A stretch of DNA of 64,000 nucleotides from NCBI RefSeq assembly GCF_004010195.1, contig NC_057719.1, positions 62,612,862 to 62,676,861 on the forward strand, given 5' to 3'. Below the pieces are notes generated by a model. It was not told where the DNA came from. It was given only the letters and a program-made list of their open reading frames with translations, and did not search any database. This DNA comes from Chiloscyllium plagiosum. Lineage: Eukaryota. Shown piece after piece: positions 1 through 14,389 of the stretch. The translations under genes and the position numbers were made by a program. Numbering within the stretch: the stretch's first letter is position 1; every line of letters begins with the position of its first letter.

Positions 1-1699
1 TCAAGATGGAAGCTATTGTGTCAGTACATAATCCACATTGGTTTATTACTTATAAAAGAATGCTGCTTAAATACATCAGGATGTCAGTCAGTGACACTTG
101 ACTGCAGCAGGGGGCTATGAATCGTCGTTTTCATATTCTCACTGAAATAAGAAGCTGTGGCAATTCAGTGGCACAGCTTGATGCAGTGCTCTAAATTATA
201 GAGGTCAGGATAAATCATGATAGAGTACCAGCCCTGTCTGAGTTTAAACTGTTTACCTCATGTGCTCCACAAGCTTCCAGCTGGATTATCTCCACTTTCC
301 TCTGGTATTAAGTGGGTAGAGATGCAACTGGCTGGGTATCTTTTGAATTGTTCAAGTTTGCAATTATAGCTATTAGCTGAATTATAAGGATTATTATAAC
401 TAATTTTAAAACAAACATTATGATTTACAGATATATATTTATCTGTGCTGCAGTCCTGTAGAACTATACACATGTTTAAGCTATGGGTTAATCATTGTTT
501 TCTGTGCAAGAATAGGTCTAGGCAGAGAATTTCGATGTTAGAAATTATCTTCCTTCCTAACTGGCACAATTTTCTAATGACTTGTCATTTAAGGGCTCCG
601 TGAAATGTATATTACGCTTAATAAATATTTTTATAGTGTAATTGAATGACCTTCTTCATTAGGATAATTGGGATTTTGATTGACAGTTGTTTGAAACTAA
701 TTAGATCTAATGGTCTGGCTACCTTATTACACACACCAACTGCAGGCAAAGGTCTCTTTGCTGTCCTCGTTGAAATGCCACGCAAGAGACTCCACTACTG
801 TTTAAAATCCAAGATACCAGAATCACACCAGCCTTGGGGTGCAGTGGTTATTGGAGCAGAGTGATGAGAGTTCTCTGCATCTAATGAGTTGAACCTTTCG
901 TCCTTCAGAATAATCAAATGACAAAAAGTCACTGAAGCAATAGGAGTAAGTAACCATTTTGTATACGTAAAGAAATAAATTATTGCCCAATGGTTGGGAT
1001 GTCTAAGCCTTGGAGACAAGGTGTGAGTGTTTTCCTAAAGGTGATCAGTTTGATGCTTTTAAATAACTGCTTCACAATGTCTGGAGAGATGTAAAAATTC
1101 CTCCATTCTCCAGGTGAATCAATTTCCCATCACAGCATTGTTTTCACTCCTACTCCAGAGAAATATGACATCTTCGAGAGAACTTTATGCACTTTATCCC
1201 CAAATTCTGTATTCAGGTTTGTGTTTTTAATGCTTTTATATATAAAAAAAATTGGTTCCAAAGTCTGACCACCAAGGCTGCATTGATCCTTTATCTCCAG
1301 TTGTCCAAAAAGCAATAAGATTTTATCTTGCTGACCTGCAACTTAGACAATATAGAGCTATTGAGACCTGCAGGGCATTCATTTTGAGCATTGATGTTTC
1401 AGTATTCACTGTCAATTTCCTTCACCAATTTGCTAGATTTACCGAATTTCAGTTCCACCAGGTATGCTGTGATTTGAGCTCTCAATCTCTGACCCATGAG
1501 TTCAGTACTGTAACTACTATACTGCTGTAATCATAAAGATAATAGTGCTAAATGGTCAATGTTGGTCGGTCCATAAAGCCTGATTGTCCCTCCAGTTTCA
1601 GTTGGTCTTTACAAGTGACAGCAAGATAGGTCGTCAAATCAGCTGTTCATCACCTCCACATTTACAGTGTTAGAGCTTCCAACCAAGTTACTGCATCAC

Positions 1700-2170
1700 T
1701 AATCCTTTGGCAATTCCAGAAATGACAGCAAGTGCTGGACGCAGCAGGTCTGGCAACGTTTGTCGAGAGGGAAACGGTTGATGTTTCGAGTCGAATATGA
1801 CTCTTTAGAACTGAAGAAACTGAATGTTTGCTGAGTTTTACATCTTTGAAAGGGGGGAGTGGGTGGGATTATCAAGGACAAATCCTGGGATTGCGTGCAG
1901 GGAGGGGGAAGATTAGATGGCAAGTATGTCATGGGATAAAAAGCAAAGGGAGCAGCAATGATTGTCATTAATAATTAAAGCATTTGTCCAGAATATGTGA
2001 ATCACAGAACAAGGAACAGTCCTGCTTGAAAGTTACAACATTTAGAAACAAGATTCAGACATGGCAAAAGAAAAGCATCTACCTCACTGATGCTGTAAAA
2101 TCTGCTGAGTTTCTGCAGCTCTTTTTGTTTCTTTATTTTAATTAACCACATCTGCAATATTTTGTTTTTA
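1700..2170. mobile_element. Degraded Penelope-like element terminal fragments in opposite orientations
   Basis: Minus-strand pLTR-type end at about 1715-1815 (reverse complement cagttctaaagagtcatattcgactcgaaacatcaac...agacctgctg). Plus-strand end at about 2075-2170 (gatgctgtaaaatctgctgagtttctgcagc). Confidence 0.55.
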
Positions 2171-2199
2171 CTTTAATGAAATGAGAAATATCAGTAAAG

Positions 2200-2596
2200 G
2201 TCATAGAGTCATAGAGATGTTCAACACAGAGCCAGACCCTTTCAAGGAGTTATGAACCTGCACCCCAAGGTCGCTTTGTTCAGCAACACTCCCTAGGACC
2301 TTACCATTAAGTTTACACATCCTGCTAAGATTTGCTTTCCCAAAATGCAGCACCTCACATTTATCTAAATTAAACTCCATCTGCCACTTCTCAGCCCTTT
2401 GGCCCATCTAATCAAGTTTTCATTGTAATCTGAGGAAACCTTCTTCGCTGTCCACTACACCTCCAATTTTGGTGTCATCTGCAAACTTACTAACTATACC
2501 TCTTATGCTCACATCCAAATCATTTATATAAATGACGAAAAATAGTGGACCCAGCACCGATCCTTGTGGTACTCCACTGATCACATGCCTCCAGTC
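2200..2596 (-). mobile_element. CR1 LINE fragment (RT core joined to 3' tail, internal deletion)
   Basis: Translations [21 protein letters not shown]...KFADDTK and WQMEFNLDKCEVLHFG; CR1 3' tail at 2200-2240. Confidence 0.92.
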
Positions 2597-3194
2597 TAAT
2601 TCACCAAAAATACACATTGCCAAAGTAACATGTATTAGATTTTTTTTGGATTATTCATCACCCCAGTCTCTTGTGGAGCCCGGTTCTTTCAGTAAATCTT
2701 TGACTGGGCAGCTGTTCAGAGTATAATACAAAACCTTTTCAATTACAATACAATTCATTGAATTATAAATCTTCTGTTACTTCTCAGTATGACTTAGATT
2801 AAAAAAAACCCTGAGCCTATTATAGAAACTGGGTATCTTGCACCTCTGAACCATATAAATCCAAGGAAAGAGAAATTGTTGCACAGAATTAGGAAGATTG
2901 ATTGTAATTTGTATCAGTGATAAAATTTAGGTGCCCAGAAACTGAATGCCAATCCAGGTATTAGCTTTATTTTGTCAGTCTACTTGCCAAGAATGATTTG
3001 GGGCATTGGCCATCTGAGGCGAAGCTAAGGTAATGAAAGTTGAGCTTGATTTATATTTTTGTCTGATATTGTCAAGCAAGGCACAAAAACCACTCGACTG
3101 TATGGAGGCAGCAGCAATAATGGACTCACTGGAAGTGAAAAGAAACATAAGGAATGTGACCATTCTGCATTGTCACCCAACTGAGAGAGCACGT

Positions 3195-3768
3195 TTGCTA
3201 CTTGGAATATTGCATGCAATTCTGGTCTCCTTCCTATTGGAAAGATGTTGTGAAATTGGAAAGATGTTGTGAAACTTGAAAGGGTTCAGCAAAGATTTGC
3301 AAGGATGTTGACAGGGTTGGAGGATTTGAGCTATAGAGAGAGGCTGAATAGGTGGGAGCTGTTTTCCCTGGAGCGTCAGAGGCTGAGGCGTGGCCTCATA
3401 GAGGTTTATAAAATTATGAGGGGCATGGATTGGGTAAATAGACAAGGTCTTTTCACTGGGTAGGGGAGTCCAGAATTAGAGGGCGTAGGTTTAGGGTGAG
3501 AAGGGAAAGATATAAAAGAGATGTAAGGGGCAACTTTTTCACGCAGAGAGTGGTGCATGAATAGAATGAGCTGCCAGAGGAAGTAGTGTAGGCTAGTATA
3601 GTTGCAGCATTTAAAAGAGATCTGGATGGGTATATGAATAGGAAGGGTTTAGAGGGAAATGGGCCGGGTGCTGGCAGGTGGGACTAGTTTGGGTTGGGAT
3701 ATCTGTTCGGCATGGACGAGTTGGACCGAAGGGTCTATTTCCATGCTGTACATCTCTATGACTCTGTG
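3195..3768 (+). mobile_element. CR1 LINE 3' end
   Basis: KLERVQQRFARMLTGLEDLSYRERLNRWELFSLERQRLRRGLIEVYKIM; tail ends tctatgactct; contains a 19-bp tandem duplication at 3237-3274. Confidence 0.92.
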
Positions 3769-4994
3769 TTGAATCTTGGGGGCGTGTAAATCCATGCCTT
3801 TGAACTCTAATGGAGGAATTGAGGGCGTTGTACTTGAGTTAAACCAAAATTCTCTCATTCAGGGTCCGGAATGTTTTATTTGTGCTTTTTGAGGGAGTTA
3901 GCCATTGAGACAAAAGTTCAGATCATCTTGAGGCGACATTATATTTCTTCAAGCAAATAGGTATTGTGTTCCAACTTTGAGAGATCTTAGATGGCTACAA
4001 CTCCATACTTTTAGAAAGCATCTGCTTTCACCTGATGGCAAGTGTGTAGTAGTATGGGATTATGTCCCGTATTCTTTCAAAATTGACCTCAGAGCCGCAG
4101 GATGCTGTCACTGTAAACATCGGGCAGGCAGAGGAACAATTCTCCAGCTACCTTCAGGTAAAAAGGTGTAGAAATCTTGGTATAAAGATACTCATGCTTT
4201 GTTTTCAAGTGCTATTCTTAGTCAGTTACCAATGCGTTATCTGTGTCGAAGTAAATGAATACAACTCCTTGAAAAGAAAGGGTGTTTTAGCCATCAGTGC
4301 ACCTGTGTGGGCAGGTATAGCTTGGTCTTATGATTTAAACCTTCCATTAGAGAGTTTTGAACAGCAATAGAACATTTGGTCCATCAGGCTTATTCTGCCA
4401 CTCAGTTAGATTATGGCGGATCTGCACCTGACTGCAAACAAAACATTTAGGCAGAGTTCTCTCATGGATTTAAAATAAAAGATTAAGCATGAAATCCTTT
4501 GAGGTTGTGCCTTTAGATTTGGCCCTAGCCTTCAAACTTTACATCTTAATGTGGTTTAGGAAGCACCAGGTTTCAGGACAGCAGTTGAGATTGAGAAACC
4601 CAATCCATCTCGAGAGCAGTTAAACATTGTACAGCTGAAAAATCTTGGGATGGAGATCAACAGCAGCACTGGCCCGCATACAGGGTATTTCCTCTTTAAA
4701 GCGGACGCTACTTGTGTGTGAAAGTGCGATCATTGAATGAAGAGAAATCAAGAAGTAACTTCTTTTCCTTACGTATTTGCATGGGGACTTACAGTTTTGG
4801 AGTCTTCTGATTGTGAGAGAGGCAGCAATGCATCTGCACATTCGAAAGCAAGCAAAAGAATGTTTCCCCTGATAAAAATATGCAGCAAAAAATCCAATGA
4901 CATACACGAAATTGTCGTCTTAGTTAAAGTGTCATTAATTGTAATAATATTTTGACTTAGCTGAGATGACATAGAGACTCAGAAGTACAGCCCC

Positions 4995-5475
4995 AAATTA
5001 TAGAGGCATAGAGTTATTCAGCACGGAAACAGACCCTTCGATCCCACCAGTCCATGACGACCATAATCCCAAATTAAACGAGTCCCACCTGCCTGGGCTT
5101 GGCTCAAATCCCTCCAAACATTTCTTATACATGTCCTTATCTAAATGTCTTTTAAAAGTTGTCACCATACTCTCATCCACCATTTCCTCTGGACGTTCAT
5201 GCCACACATGAACCACTCTCTGTTTCAAAAAAAAAATGCTGCTCAGGTCCCTTGCAAATCTATCTCCTCTCACCTTTAAAATATGCCCCTAAAACTTGAA
5301 ATCCCCCACCATAGAGAAAAGACACCTGCCATTCACCTTATTGTACCACTTATGGTTTTGTAAACTTCTATCAGGTCACCCCTTAGCCTCATGCTCCAGT
5401 GAAAAAAGTCCCAGCTCTCCTTATAACTCCAATCCTCTATTCCTGGCAACATCCTGGTAAATCTCTTCTGAACCT
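4995..5475 (-). mobile_element. CR1 LINE 3' end
   Basis: QRVVHVWHERPEEMVD...TFKRHLDKDM; tail homologous to 3600-3768. Confidence 0.85.
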
Positions 5476-6214
5476 TGTAACGTAGGAGCATCTCATTCCA
5501 ATCCATGAATATTTTAACAAAAATGTCAAGTTTTGGAACCCAGAAGAATGATCTAGCATTTGATAATTAATCACGGATAGTTCTGGTGTACCTTGCTGCT
5601 CAGCTCTTTGAAAACATGGATGCCTCCAGTTATTATGCCATACAACAAAATTGCATCAGTTTTGTGAGCTGTTCCGAATGCGCTAAAGAGGCAAGGCACC
5701 TTTTTCCAAATCTGGTTATTTCACTGTGAGGGATAGGGAGAAACACAGGTATACAAGACTACACGAGTGCTGGAAAATAGGATTAATCTAGATGGGTGTT
5801 TGTTGACCAGCATGGAAGTGATGGACTGAAGGGCCTATTTCCCTGCAGTAAAGACTGTGACTTTGACTGTATTTCCAAACTTTTTCTTAACAAAATGGGA
5901 ACCTTCGCATTTTTGGAAAGATTTGGTTTTTTGATTGATTCACAGAGAGGTCATGAACCCAGCTATCTTGGTGCTTTATTATGTTTACCCCGCCTGGCCT
6001 CCATTTGAACCCAAACTCAAACAGCAGTTATTACAATCTTCGCTGTAAAATTATACGAGCCAACTATTGTCGGTAGAGTACAACGTGGTCCCGTTTTTTA
6101 TTTAGAAGTAACTGAAATTGTCTCTTCAACACAGTTCTTATGGAGCAAAACCGAGAGTCATCATTTTCATATGGATGTGGGCCCAAGGCACACATGCAAT
6201 TGCTTGTGAAGGGT

Positions 6215-6520
6215 TGGTGTGGAAACGTGCCATCAGAACAACAAGTCCACATCGACTCTTCGAAGAGCATCCCACCCTCTCTCTGTAACCTTACACCTCT
6301 CATGGCTAAGCCACCTAGCCTACACATCCTTGGATACTGGGCAATTTAGCACAGCCAGTCAGCCCGGCCGGCACATCTTTCGACTGTGAGAGGAAATCAG
6401 AGCACCCGGAGGAAACCCATGCAGATACGGGGAAAATGTGCAAACTCCACACAGACAGATGCCCGAGGGTGGAATTAAACCTGGGTCCCTGGCGCCGTGA
6501 GGCAGCAGTGCTAACCACAG
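6215..6520 (-). mobile_element. HE1-like V-SINE
   Basis: Reverse complement has the tRNA-like head (gtggttagcactgctgcctcac...) and V-domain (tgtgtggagtttgcacatt...gggtttcctccgggtgctc), matching the copy at 27262. Confidence 0.88.
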
Positions 6521-9244
6521 CTGGTGAGCTACATGGAAATGGGAATTATTTTGTTCAGGCCCAAAATTCAATTTAATCTGATTTCCATCAATTGTCTATT
6601 GAAGGAGTAGTGTTTTGCATTAATTAGTGCAAAATAAATATTCTGTAAATTTACAATGTTACTGTCAGTAATGGATTGTCTACTTTATACATCCATTTAC
6701 TTAAATGTCACTGCAACTTATGTCCATGTTGCCCTGTTATTTTATGTCTGAATTGTTCTGTGCTAGAAATCAACATGAGTCACGATAATTAATTCAGGAA
6801 AACATATTATTAACTGTGGGTTTTTTGATTAAAAATAAATTTGGCAATCAATGCTGTTTGTTTGTGAGAAGTGAAATGACAAAGCAGGAAATAGCTGCAC
6901 GGTGTGCTTTGATGAGGTACCCGCCTCTATTTCAAGGAGCTCAGAGGACTGGTGTAGATTCTGAGAACAGTTGCAAGCGTTGTTTGTAGAATTTCTTAAA
7001 GAGGTGTTAACCAGTGTAGTGAGTGTCACAGCACAGGATGTAGCAGGATGCTTGCTGATGTGATCAGTAGCACACTTCCTTTGAGCAGCAGACAGCTTCA
7101 GCAAGCTGAACTCAGGGAAAGTCGCTGTGGAAAAAAAAGGTAAACTATTTTAATGATCCTTGGTGTAGGTCTGCTTCAAAAGTATCCAGTTACAGGGAGC
7201 AGCTGAACTCAGAACAAAATGAGGAATATTCCATAGGATGAATTCTGCAATTCAGAAGAGTTCAGTGTTTCTAATCTGGGTGCTGTCGATATTGCTTGCA
7301 GTTTATATAAATTGATGGTCTTTGCTTGCCTTAGTCTTCCCCTAATATCATTAACATCATCCAACTTATTTTGCAATAGTAACGACAAAATTTGAATGAG
7401 AGGGAAAACTAGAGAAACTACCAGGCTAATGTTTGTGACTCTACATATTCAGCAGTGTACCAACTGTCTGCTGGTTTATGTTAAGTATGATTGGTTGCAG
7501 AATAATGTTCTGGGCAAGGTATCATCTCACAAAAAGGCATGCACAGAACCAGTTTTTTTTCCCCCTCTACCTATGTAGAAGCCAGCATGACAGCATGTCG
7601 CCTCGTTCGGTCCACTTCAAAGTGGTTTCCTAAATAGTAGTTGCCAAAAAGGATTTACATTTGTTAGCTCATTCATTGCAGGTTTTTCTGCTATCAGTAT
7701 TCTTTTAGGACTACATGCTGATTTCTGCATTCACCTTGAGTAGCATTACGCTGAAACTTCAGTGATCATGCATTTTTTTTACTTTGAATGGAGTTTGCAG
7801 ATGATGGGCAGGGTAGATCATGGCGTGTGAGACACTCGACAGCTTGCCAAATATTTGTACGGAAGTGAGTATTGTGGTTGTGCAGGTGGTTCACAAACAG
7901 TTGCGATTTCATCCAGGAGTCATGTTTTCCTTTGAGATGGAATTTTACCGTCCTCACTTCCTTTCCAAGACTTTTGAGGTTTATGGATAGAGTAAATCCA
8001 AATTAGAAATAATGTGGTGAGGATGCAAGGAAAGGGAGGATTGTATATTGTGCCATTTTTACTGTGATCTGTTCAGGGACGTTTTGTGACTCAGCATATA
8101 GATTTGCTCTGGCATTTGCAATTACCCGGAGCAGCTACCTTGTCACAGAGGGATTTCATATGTAGTTGTTAGGGCCTTTATTTGAGTCAAGGGGATTCAG
8201 TTCAGGCATGAATCCTGAACATTGATGCATTTGTGTGTCCGTGTGTGTTGTCCACACTTGTGTGTGATTTTCTGGTTTATAATGAGTGTGAGCATCCCAC
8301 CCAACCTATTAGAACTTTAAGGGGGCCATGTATCAGAAGCTAAGATGTAGGCATGCAATCCTGCTTCGAGTTAAAAGGGGTGCCAGGCAATAGGAGGTTT
8401 GCAGGTGTTGCAACTCCAACCTTACATGCTCAATTTTTTTTAAGAAAGGGAGATCTGAACCTGCTCGTCAGACAAATATCAGTACAGGAAATCTTTACCT
8501 AGCAATCACTTCCAATGTCAAACTGAATTCTCATTTGGGACGGGTATGGCTTGAAAAGGAAGATTCAGTATGAATTTGTTAATTTCCAGTTATATCTGAC
8601 TAATCTGATTGCGACTTCAAAGAATTTAATGATGGTTGTGGAGTGGCTGTGTGCATGGACTTTCATAAAATATTTCAGTACCTCCTAACAGACATATTCA
8701 TCTCATGGAAGCACATGGTACGAACTGGATGGTGGTACTATTGGTTTACAGTTGGCTAATGCATGGGACGTGGAGGATAACGGTGTGAAGGTGGAGCGAA
8801 TAGTACAATAATCTCTGAGTTTGGCATGAAGGTCAATGTTTTACTCATCCTGAAAACATTTTTTGTATTTGAGTGCACGGGATGCAATTTTTGAAGTTTG
8901 TACATGATTGCAGAAGACGTTTTAGCAACATAGGTCAGAGGTTTTAGGTTAACATGATGGTGTCAGCACTCATCGTTATTAAAGAATGAATCAACGAACT
9001 ACTCCTCGGACCTTCACACAAATGCATTTAAATTTGACAATCAACAAGTAGTCGTTTAGCTTGCTCCACCTGAATCTTACTGACTCAACATTCAAACACA
9101 TGAATTGGGTAAAATGGTTTTGCTGAACCAAATACATATCAATATCAGTGCTCGAAAATGTTTTGAACTATCTGTTCAAGGGAGAGATTTTTCACTGTGA
9201 TAAGTCCAAATTATTAATAAAAATATCTAATGTTGAAAACGTCC

Positions 9245-9795
9245 CTCACACTGTGTCCAGTTCTTGTCGCCCTGTTACAGGAAGGGTACTATTAAGCTGG
9301 AAAGGGTTCAGAAAAGATTTACCAGGATGTTGCTGGGAATGGAGGATTTGAGTTATAAAGAGGGGCTAGATAGGCCGGGACACCTTTTCACTGGAGCGTA
9401 GGAGGTTAAGGGGTGACCTTAAAAAGGTTTATAAAGATCATGAGGGATACAGATAAGGTGACTGGAAGATGCCTTTTCCCCTAAAGTGAGTACTTCAAGA
9501 CGAGGGGGCATAATTTTAAAGTAGAAGGAGAAAGATTTTAAAAAGATGTGAGGGGCACCATTTCTTCCAAAGTGGTTTGCATGTGGAATGAACTTCCAGA
9601 GGAAGTAATGCATGTGGATGCAGTTACAATGTTTAAAAGACATTTGGATAAGTACATGAATAGGATAAGTAAGTGAATAAGTGAAATTTGAAGGGATATG
9701 GGCCGAGCGCAGGCAGCTGGGACTAGTTTAGTTCGGGATTATGGTCAGCATGGACAGGTTGGACCAAAGGGTGTTTCCATGCTGTATGACTCTGA
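9245..9795 (+). mobile_element. CR1 LINE 3' end
   Basis: gggttcagaaaagatttaccaggatgttg... through tail gctgtatgactct; homologous to 3195-3768. Confidence 0.88.
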
Positions 9796-10529
9796 TTCCA
9801 CAAGTTCCATTTCCCCAGATAGTAAAAAAAAAACTGGAGATTTTATGGCTGTTAAAAATTCAAATGAAAAGGATGTTGTCCACTTCTTTCTGTTTCTTTT
9901 ACGTTCCTGTCCCCTTGCTCCTTCTCGATGTCCATCTTTCTTCTCTTTTGTTATTTCACTTTCTGTTCATGGCTTTTGTCTTTACACAGAATTTAAAATT
10001 CAAACTTACACTTCCTGCTTCTGACTTTGTATCTCTCAGCAATTCATCCATCTGACTGAAAAGTCAAGCCGTGGCTCACTCTCTCAGATCCAGTCCAGGG
10101 GCCTACCTGTTCTGGATTCCCAGTGACTGGAAGTTGCTACTCAAAGCCATATGGAAAATTTGTAGGCAGCAGTAAACACAATGAACAGTGAAAGCTATTG
10201 TCCATCCCTTTGTCTGCCTAACTGTTAATTTCTCTTTCTTGGCTCGATCTCTTTCAATCCTTCCCTCCCTTACCCCATGTGTTCAGCATATATACCACGT
10301 TTTCCTAGCTACTGCCAGTTTGGGAGAAGGTTCACTCAACTTGAAGCATTAACTCAGCTTTCTCTCCACAGATACTGCCAGACTTGCCAAGTTTCTCCAG
10401 CAATTTCTGTTTTTGACCCATGACGGCTGTCCATTTGCTACTGATTGCAACATCGAGGATATAGTTAATAGAAGCGTAAACTGTTTTTAATTGGCATCTG
10501 CGCAAACCGACAGAACAGACAAACGGATT

Positions 10530-11560
10530 GAAGATTTTGACTTAGGTGGATAATTGTAGAGTAATGAAGTTTATGGGAAAAATTCATGGAGCAGTAGTTT
10601 AATTAAAGTGATGCCATTTTAAGTCGAGTCCAAAAACCAGATGGTGTGGGACTGCATAATCATTAATTCTTCTGGGTTGCTGGGCAAGTTGATGAAGCAA
10701 TTAAGACAGTGCCTCGAATACTTGTCATTATAAGTAGGAGCATGAGTGAAAGTCAGACTAAATATTTACCAATCTCCATTTAGGACTGCAATATTGTGTA
10801 CAATTCTGGGCACAACATAGCAGGAATAATGTCAAGGTATCAGTGAGGCTACAGAAATTTACCAGGATGATATAGCAGATGAGTGGGTTCAGTGATAGGG
10901 AAAGATTGGAGAAGCTGTGGTTGCCCTCTTTAAAGAAGAACCCTAATTCAAAGTAGTCTTTTGATCCATCACGTCAATCACTAACAGGGTCACGGATTTC
11001 TCAAGAAAAAGGCATGTTAGTTGGGTGAGAATGAGAAATAATTTCACCCAGAGTGCTGTTGAAGAGTCTGCAACTTGATACTGAAAAGGCTGCTGGATTC
11101 CGAATTCATTGGAACCTTTCAAAGTTAAATTGGACAAGTGCTGGAAGAGCATGCATTTGCAGAATTATGGGCAAAATGCAGGGGGCCTGGGACTAAATTC
11201 AAAGAGTCCGTCATATTATGTACTGAGCAGCCTCCTCAGTAACATTAGATGATTATATCAATCCTGAAATTTCTGAGTTGAATGTTTAAATCATTGACTG
11301 CTTAAAGTGTCTCTTTGTTAAACAAAAGCATAGAAAATGGGAGCAGGAGTAGGCCATTCTGCCCTTTGAGTTGCACCATTCAAAATGATCATGGCTGATC
11401 ATCCAATTCGGTACCTTGTTCCCACTTTCTCCCCATTCCCTTTGATCCTTTTAGCCCTAAGAACTATATCTAACACCTTTTTGGAAGCATTCAGTGTTTT
11501 GGTCTCGACTGCTTTTCTGTGGCAGAGACTTCCACAGGCTCATCAGTCTCTGGGTGATGA
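10530..11560. mobile_element. Old CR1 fragment (+, about 10530-11260) followed by a CR1 3' tail (-, about 11325-11560)
   Basis: Degenerate gcaatattgtgtacaattctggg / tttaccaggatga motifs; minus-strand tail atagaaaatgggagcaggagtaggccatt. Confidence 0.65.
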
Positions 11561-12214
11561 AATTGCTGCTCTGTTGTAGCACTTAATTGTATATAAATAA
11601 CATGGGATAAAGTGGGAGAACCAGATCCTGGATCCAGCCCTGACGGAATGTAAAGTATGATTGTGACAGTCTCCCAGCTGGCAGCCCCTTTGTACTTTTA
11701 GTAAAACAATGAGTGCAGGAAGTTTTGAATGGCCACATTCATCCCGGTGCGGAGGACAGATATTTAGCACAAATAAACAAAATAATATGTACCTGCAAAA
11801 CTGAACATATTAAAAGCTTCGAAAGTTGTGTGTTTTGTGGACAACAAGATGTATCTTTATATCCAAGCCCCTTAAAGTTAATTATATTTGTTTTAATCAT
11901 TAACTTTAGCATTTTGATTTGAACTACATTTAAATTTTTGGGTTCTCCAGCCCTCTGAGATCTTTGTGCCTCTCTGGTTATGGGTCTCTTACATAGGCCC
12001 AGTTTTCACCCGTCTACTGCTGGAAGCTGTGCCTTAACCTGCCCACGTTGTAAGCACTCGCCAATTGCTTGGTTGGTTGATGTATTGGGGGACTTGTTTG
12101 GTAACTACATTGGTGTTCAATGTCTTAACAAAGGAGGAGTGATTGGGATAAGGTACATGAGGTGAAGACAGTCCAAGGATGTTTGTGATGCACCTTGGCT
12201 ACTCATAAACTCTT

Positions 12215-12535
12215 CAGAGGGGGTGCAATGGCTTGGTGGTGTTCTCACCGGACTGTTAATCCAGAGACCAAGGCCATGTTCTGGGGACCCAGGTTCGAAT
12301 GGCAGATGGTAGAATTTGAATTCAACAATTCTATTGTTGATTGTCAGAAAAACCAACCTGGTTCACTAATGTCCTCTAGGGAAAAGAAACTGCCATCCTT
12401 ACCTAGTCTGACCTACATGTGACTCCAGACCCACAGCAATATAGTTGACTCTTGATTACCCTCTGGCCGACTACGAATGGGCAATAAATGCTGGCCTAGC
12501 CAACAATGTCTTCATTCCGCGAATGAATAAAAAGA
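12215..12535 (+). mobile_element. tRNA-derived SINE (second family)
   Basis: A-box/B-box-like head (tggcttggtgg...ggttcgaat) and 3' end gggcaataaatgctggcctagcc...gaatgaataaaaa. Confidence 0.7.
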
Positions 12536-14389
12536 GAACTTGTTACACAAGAGGAGATATTCAGTTCTATTGAGCAATATGCTTTATCTCATTCTCTCAC
12601 ACAATGCCTCTCCAAATCCCATTTAAATTACTTAGAATATTTAGAATTAGCTTGGATACAGCCTCCACCATTTGTTTGGGTAGAATATCCAGATTCTGAT
12701 GACTCCCCTGTAGCCAAAGATTTTAAATTGGTGACTTCTCAGCATCCATTCACCAGATCTCTATCTATTCTATCAAAACCTTTCGGTGTCTTGAAAACCA
12801 AAATTCATCTTATTTGCCCTTAAGACAGTGGTCCAAAATTCATTAACTTCTCCCTCATCCTTGCATGTCTCCTTCTTTTCAGTGTTTATATTTGTTGGAT
12901 TTGGTGTCAACATTCTCCACATTGTTCCAGCTATGGTCTAACCAGTGACCTCGCTGTTTCTATGTCCTCTGCCTCTGTAAATTAACCCAGACCCCAATAT
13001 TGCACAGACTGGTGTTTTTGTTTCTACCAATGCATTGGCAGTCATACTGATCTTTGTATTCTGTCATTGATTTCTTCTGTATCCTCAACCTTCTGTATCC
13101 TCAAAGATGTGCAAAACTGGAAATGTTTTTAAACGTAATTGCCATGCATTTGGGTTCTTATAAGTTACAATTCTCTTTATAATGACATTATTAAATAAAA
13201 ACAATGCTTGATTGGCATTTACTCATAGATTTTAATTCCAGTACATTTTGGAGCAGTTTAATTTTTTGTGCCAGACTGAGCATTGTTCAGTTAAGGTGTG
13301 CTGTTTTCCATTAGGTTTTGCTCCTCATTGGTTTGTGTATTGGAGGATGCTAGTCAAATGGCAATTAGCTTTGGATGTCTTGTATTAGTTCCTGTCCTAA
13401 ACCTGAATGTGCATCAACTCAGAGCAATTTCACGCAAGAAGCTGTGGTGCACTTAAAAACAAACTGTAAAGTTTTATTGATGCAACCTATTTTTCATCTC
13501 GACAGTTGGCCAGGAGACAAGAAAATACAATCAAATGCAAATGTAAGTCTGATGCAAGCGCAGAATTCCAATTTATGGAACCAGTTACGAAACATAGGAT
13601 GAGCACCAATCTGCTGAATTTGTGCATTTTTCTTCCCATCGTTTGAGTTACGATGCTTAACATCTCGAAATTCAATGGGGTGAAATGCAAAGATTGTTTT
13701 AAGGAGTGGATTGTTTCTGCCTGACATCCAATGATAGCCAATTTGTCTGTCATTTTGGGAGATTAACAAACTTAAAACAGCTCTAGTCATTGGAACATTA
13801 TTGCACAAAATCATATCCCCTTTACTATCGATGTCTCCCAAGTTATTTCCCATTGCATGCAATCCTAGCTCAATAAATCAGCAAATTATGTGCTGTTCAG
13901 AGAAAATCTCAGAGGTCCAACATATCTCTCTGAAAATTGCAGGAGGAAGGATTTGTATTGCAAGCCCTATCCATGAACAGTATATGCCCAATTGTTGTTG
14001 AAAACCAAATGAGCCAATAGTTTAATGTAGTGAATTATTTGCATCTTCTGCCAGTTGTAATGCAGCTACTACGGAACATGCAAAAGCATTGTTTTTGTCT
14101 GACACCATTAGGCTAACTTAACCAATTAGGTATTCAGTGATTTTCAAAGAATCAAGAAGCACCAAAGTAGTGTTAATTGTACATCTCCTTGTTATAATTG
14201 TACCTTTCTTTGGAAATAGAGTCATTGAACAAAAATGAGCTTTAGTCTCATTGGAAATACAAAAGGAAGACTGCCTGTGAAGGAGCATGTTGAAGGTGTG
14301 TGATTCAGTTTAAAGAAAGGCTGCAAGTAGAACCCTTGGATAGGTCTTGCTATTCCTCGTTTCCTAATAAGAGAAAGGTGGACTACATT

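Noticed and set aside
13074..13104. 16-bp tandem duplication (also a 19-bp one at 3237-3274)
   Set aside because: These are ordinary slippage duplications with no further structure.
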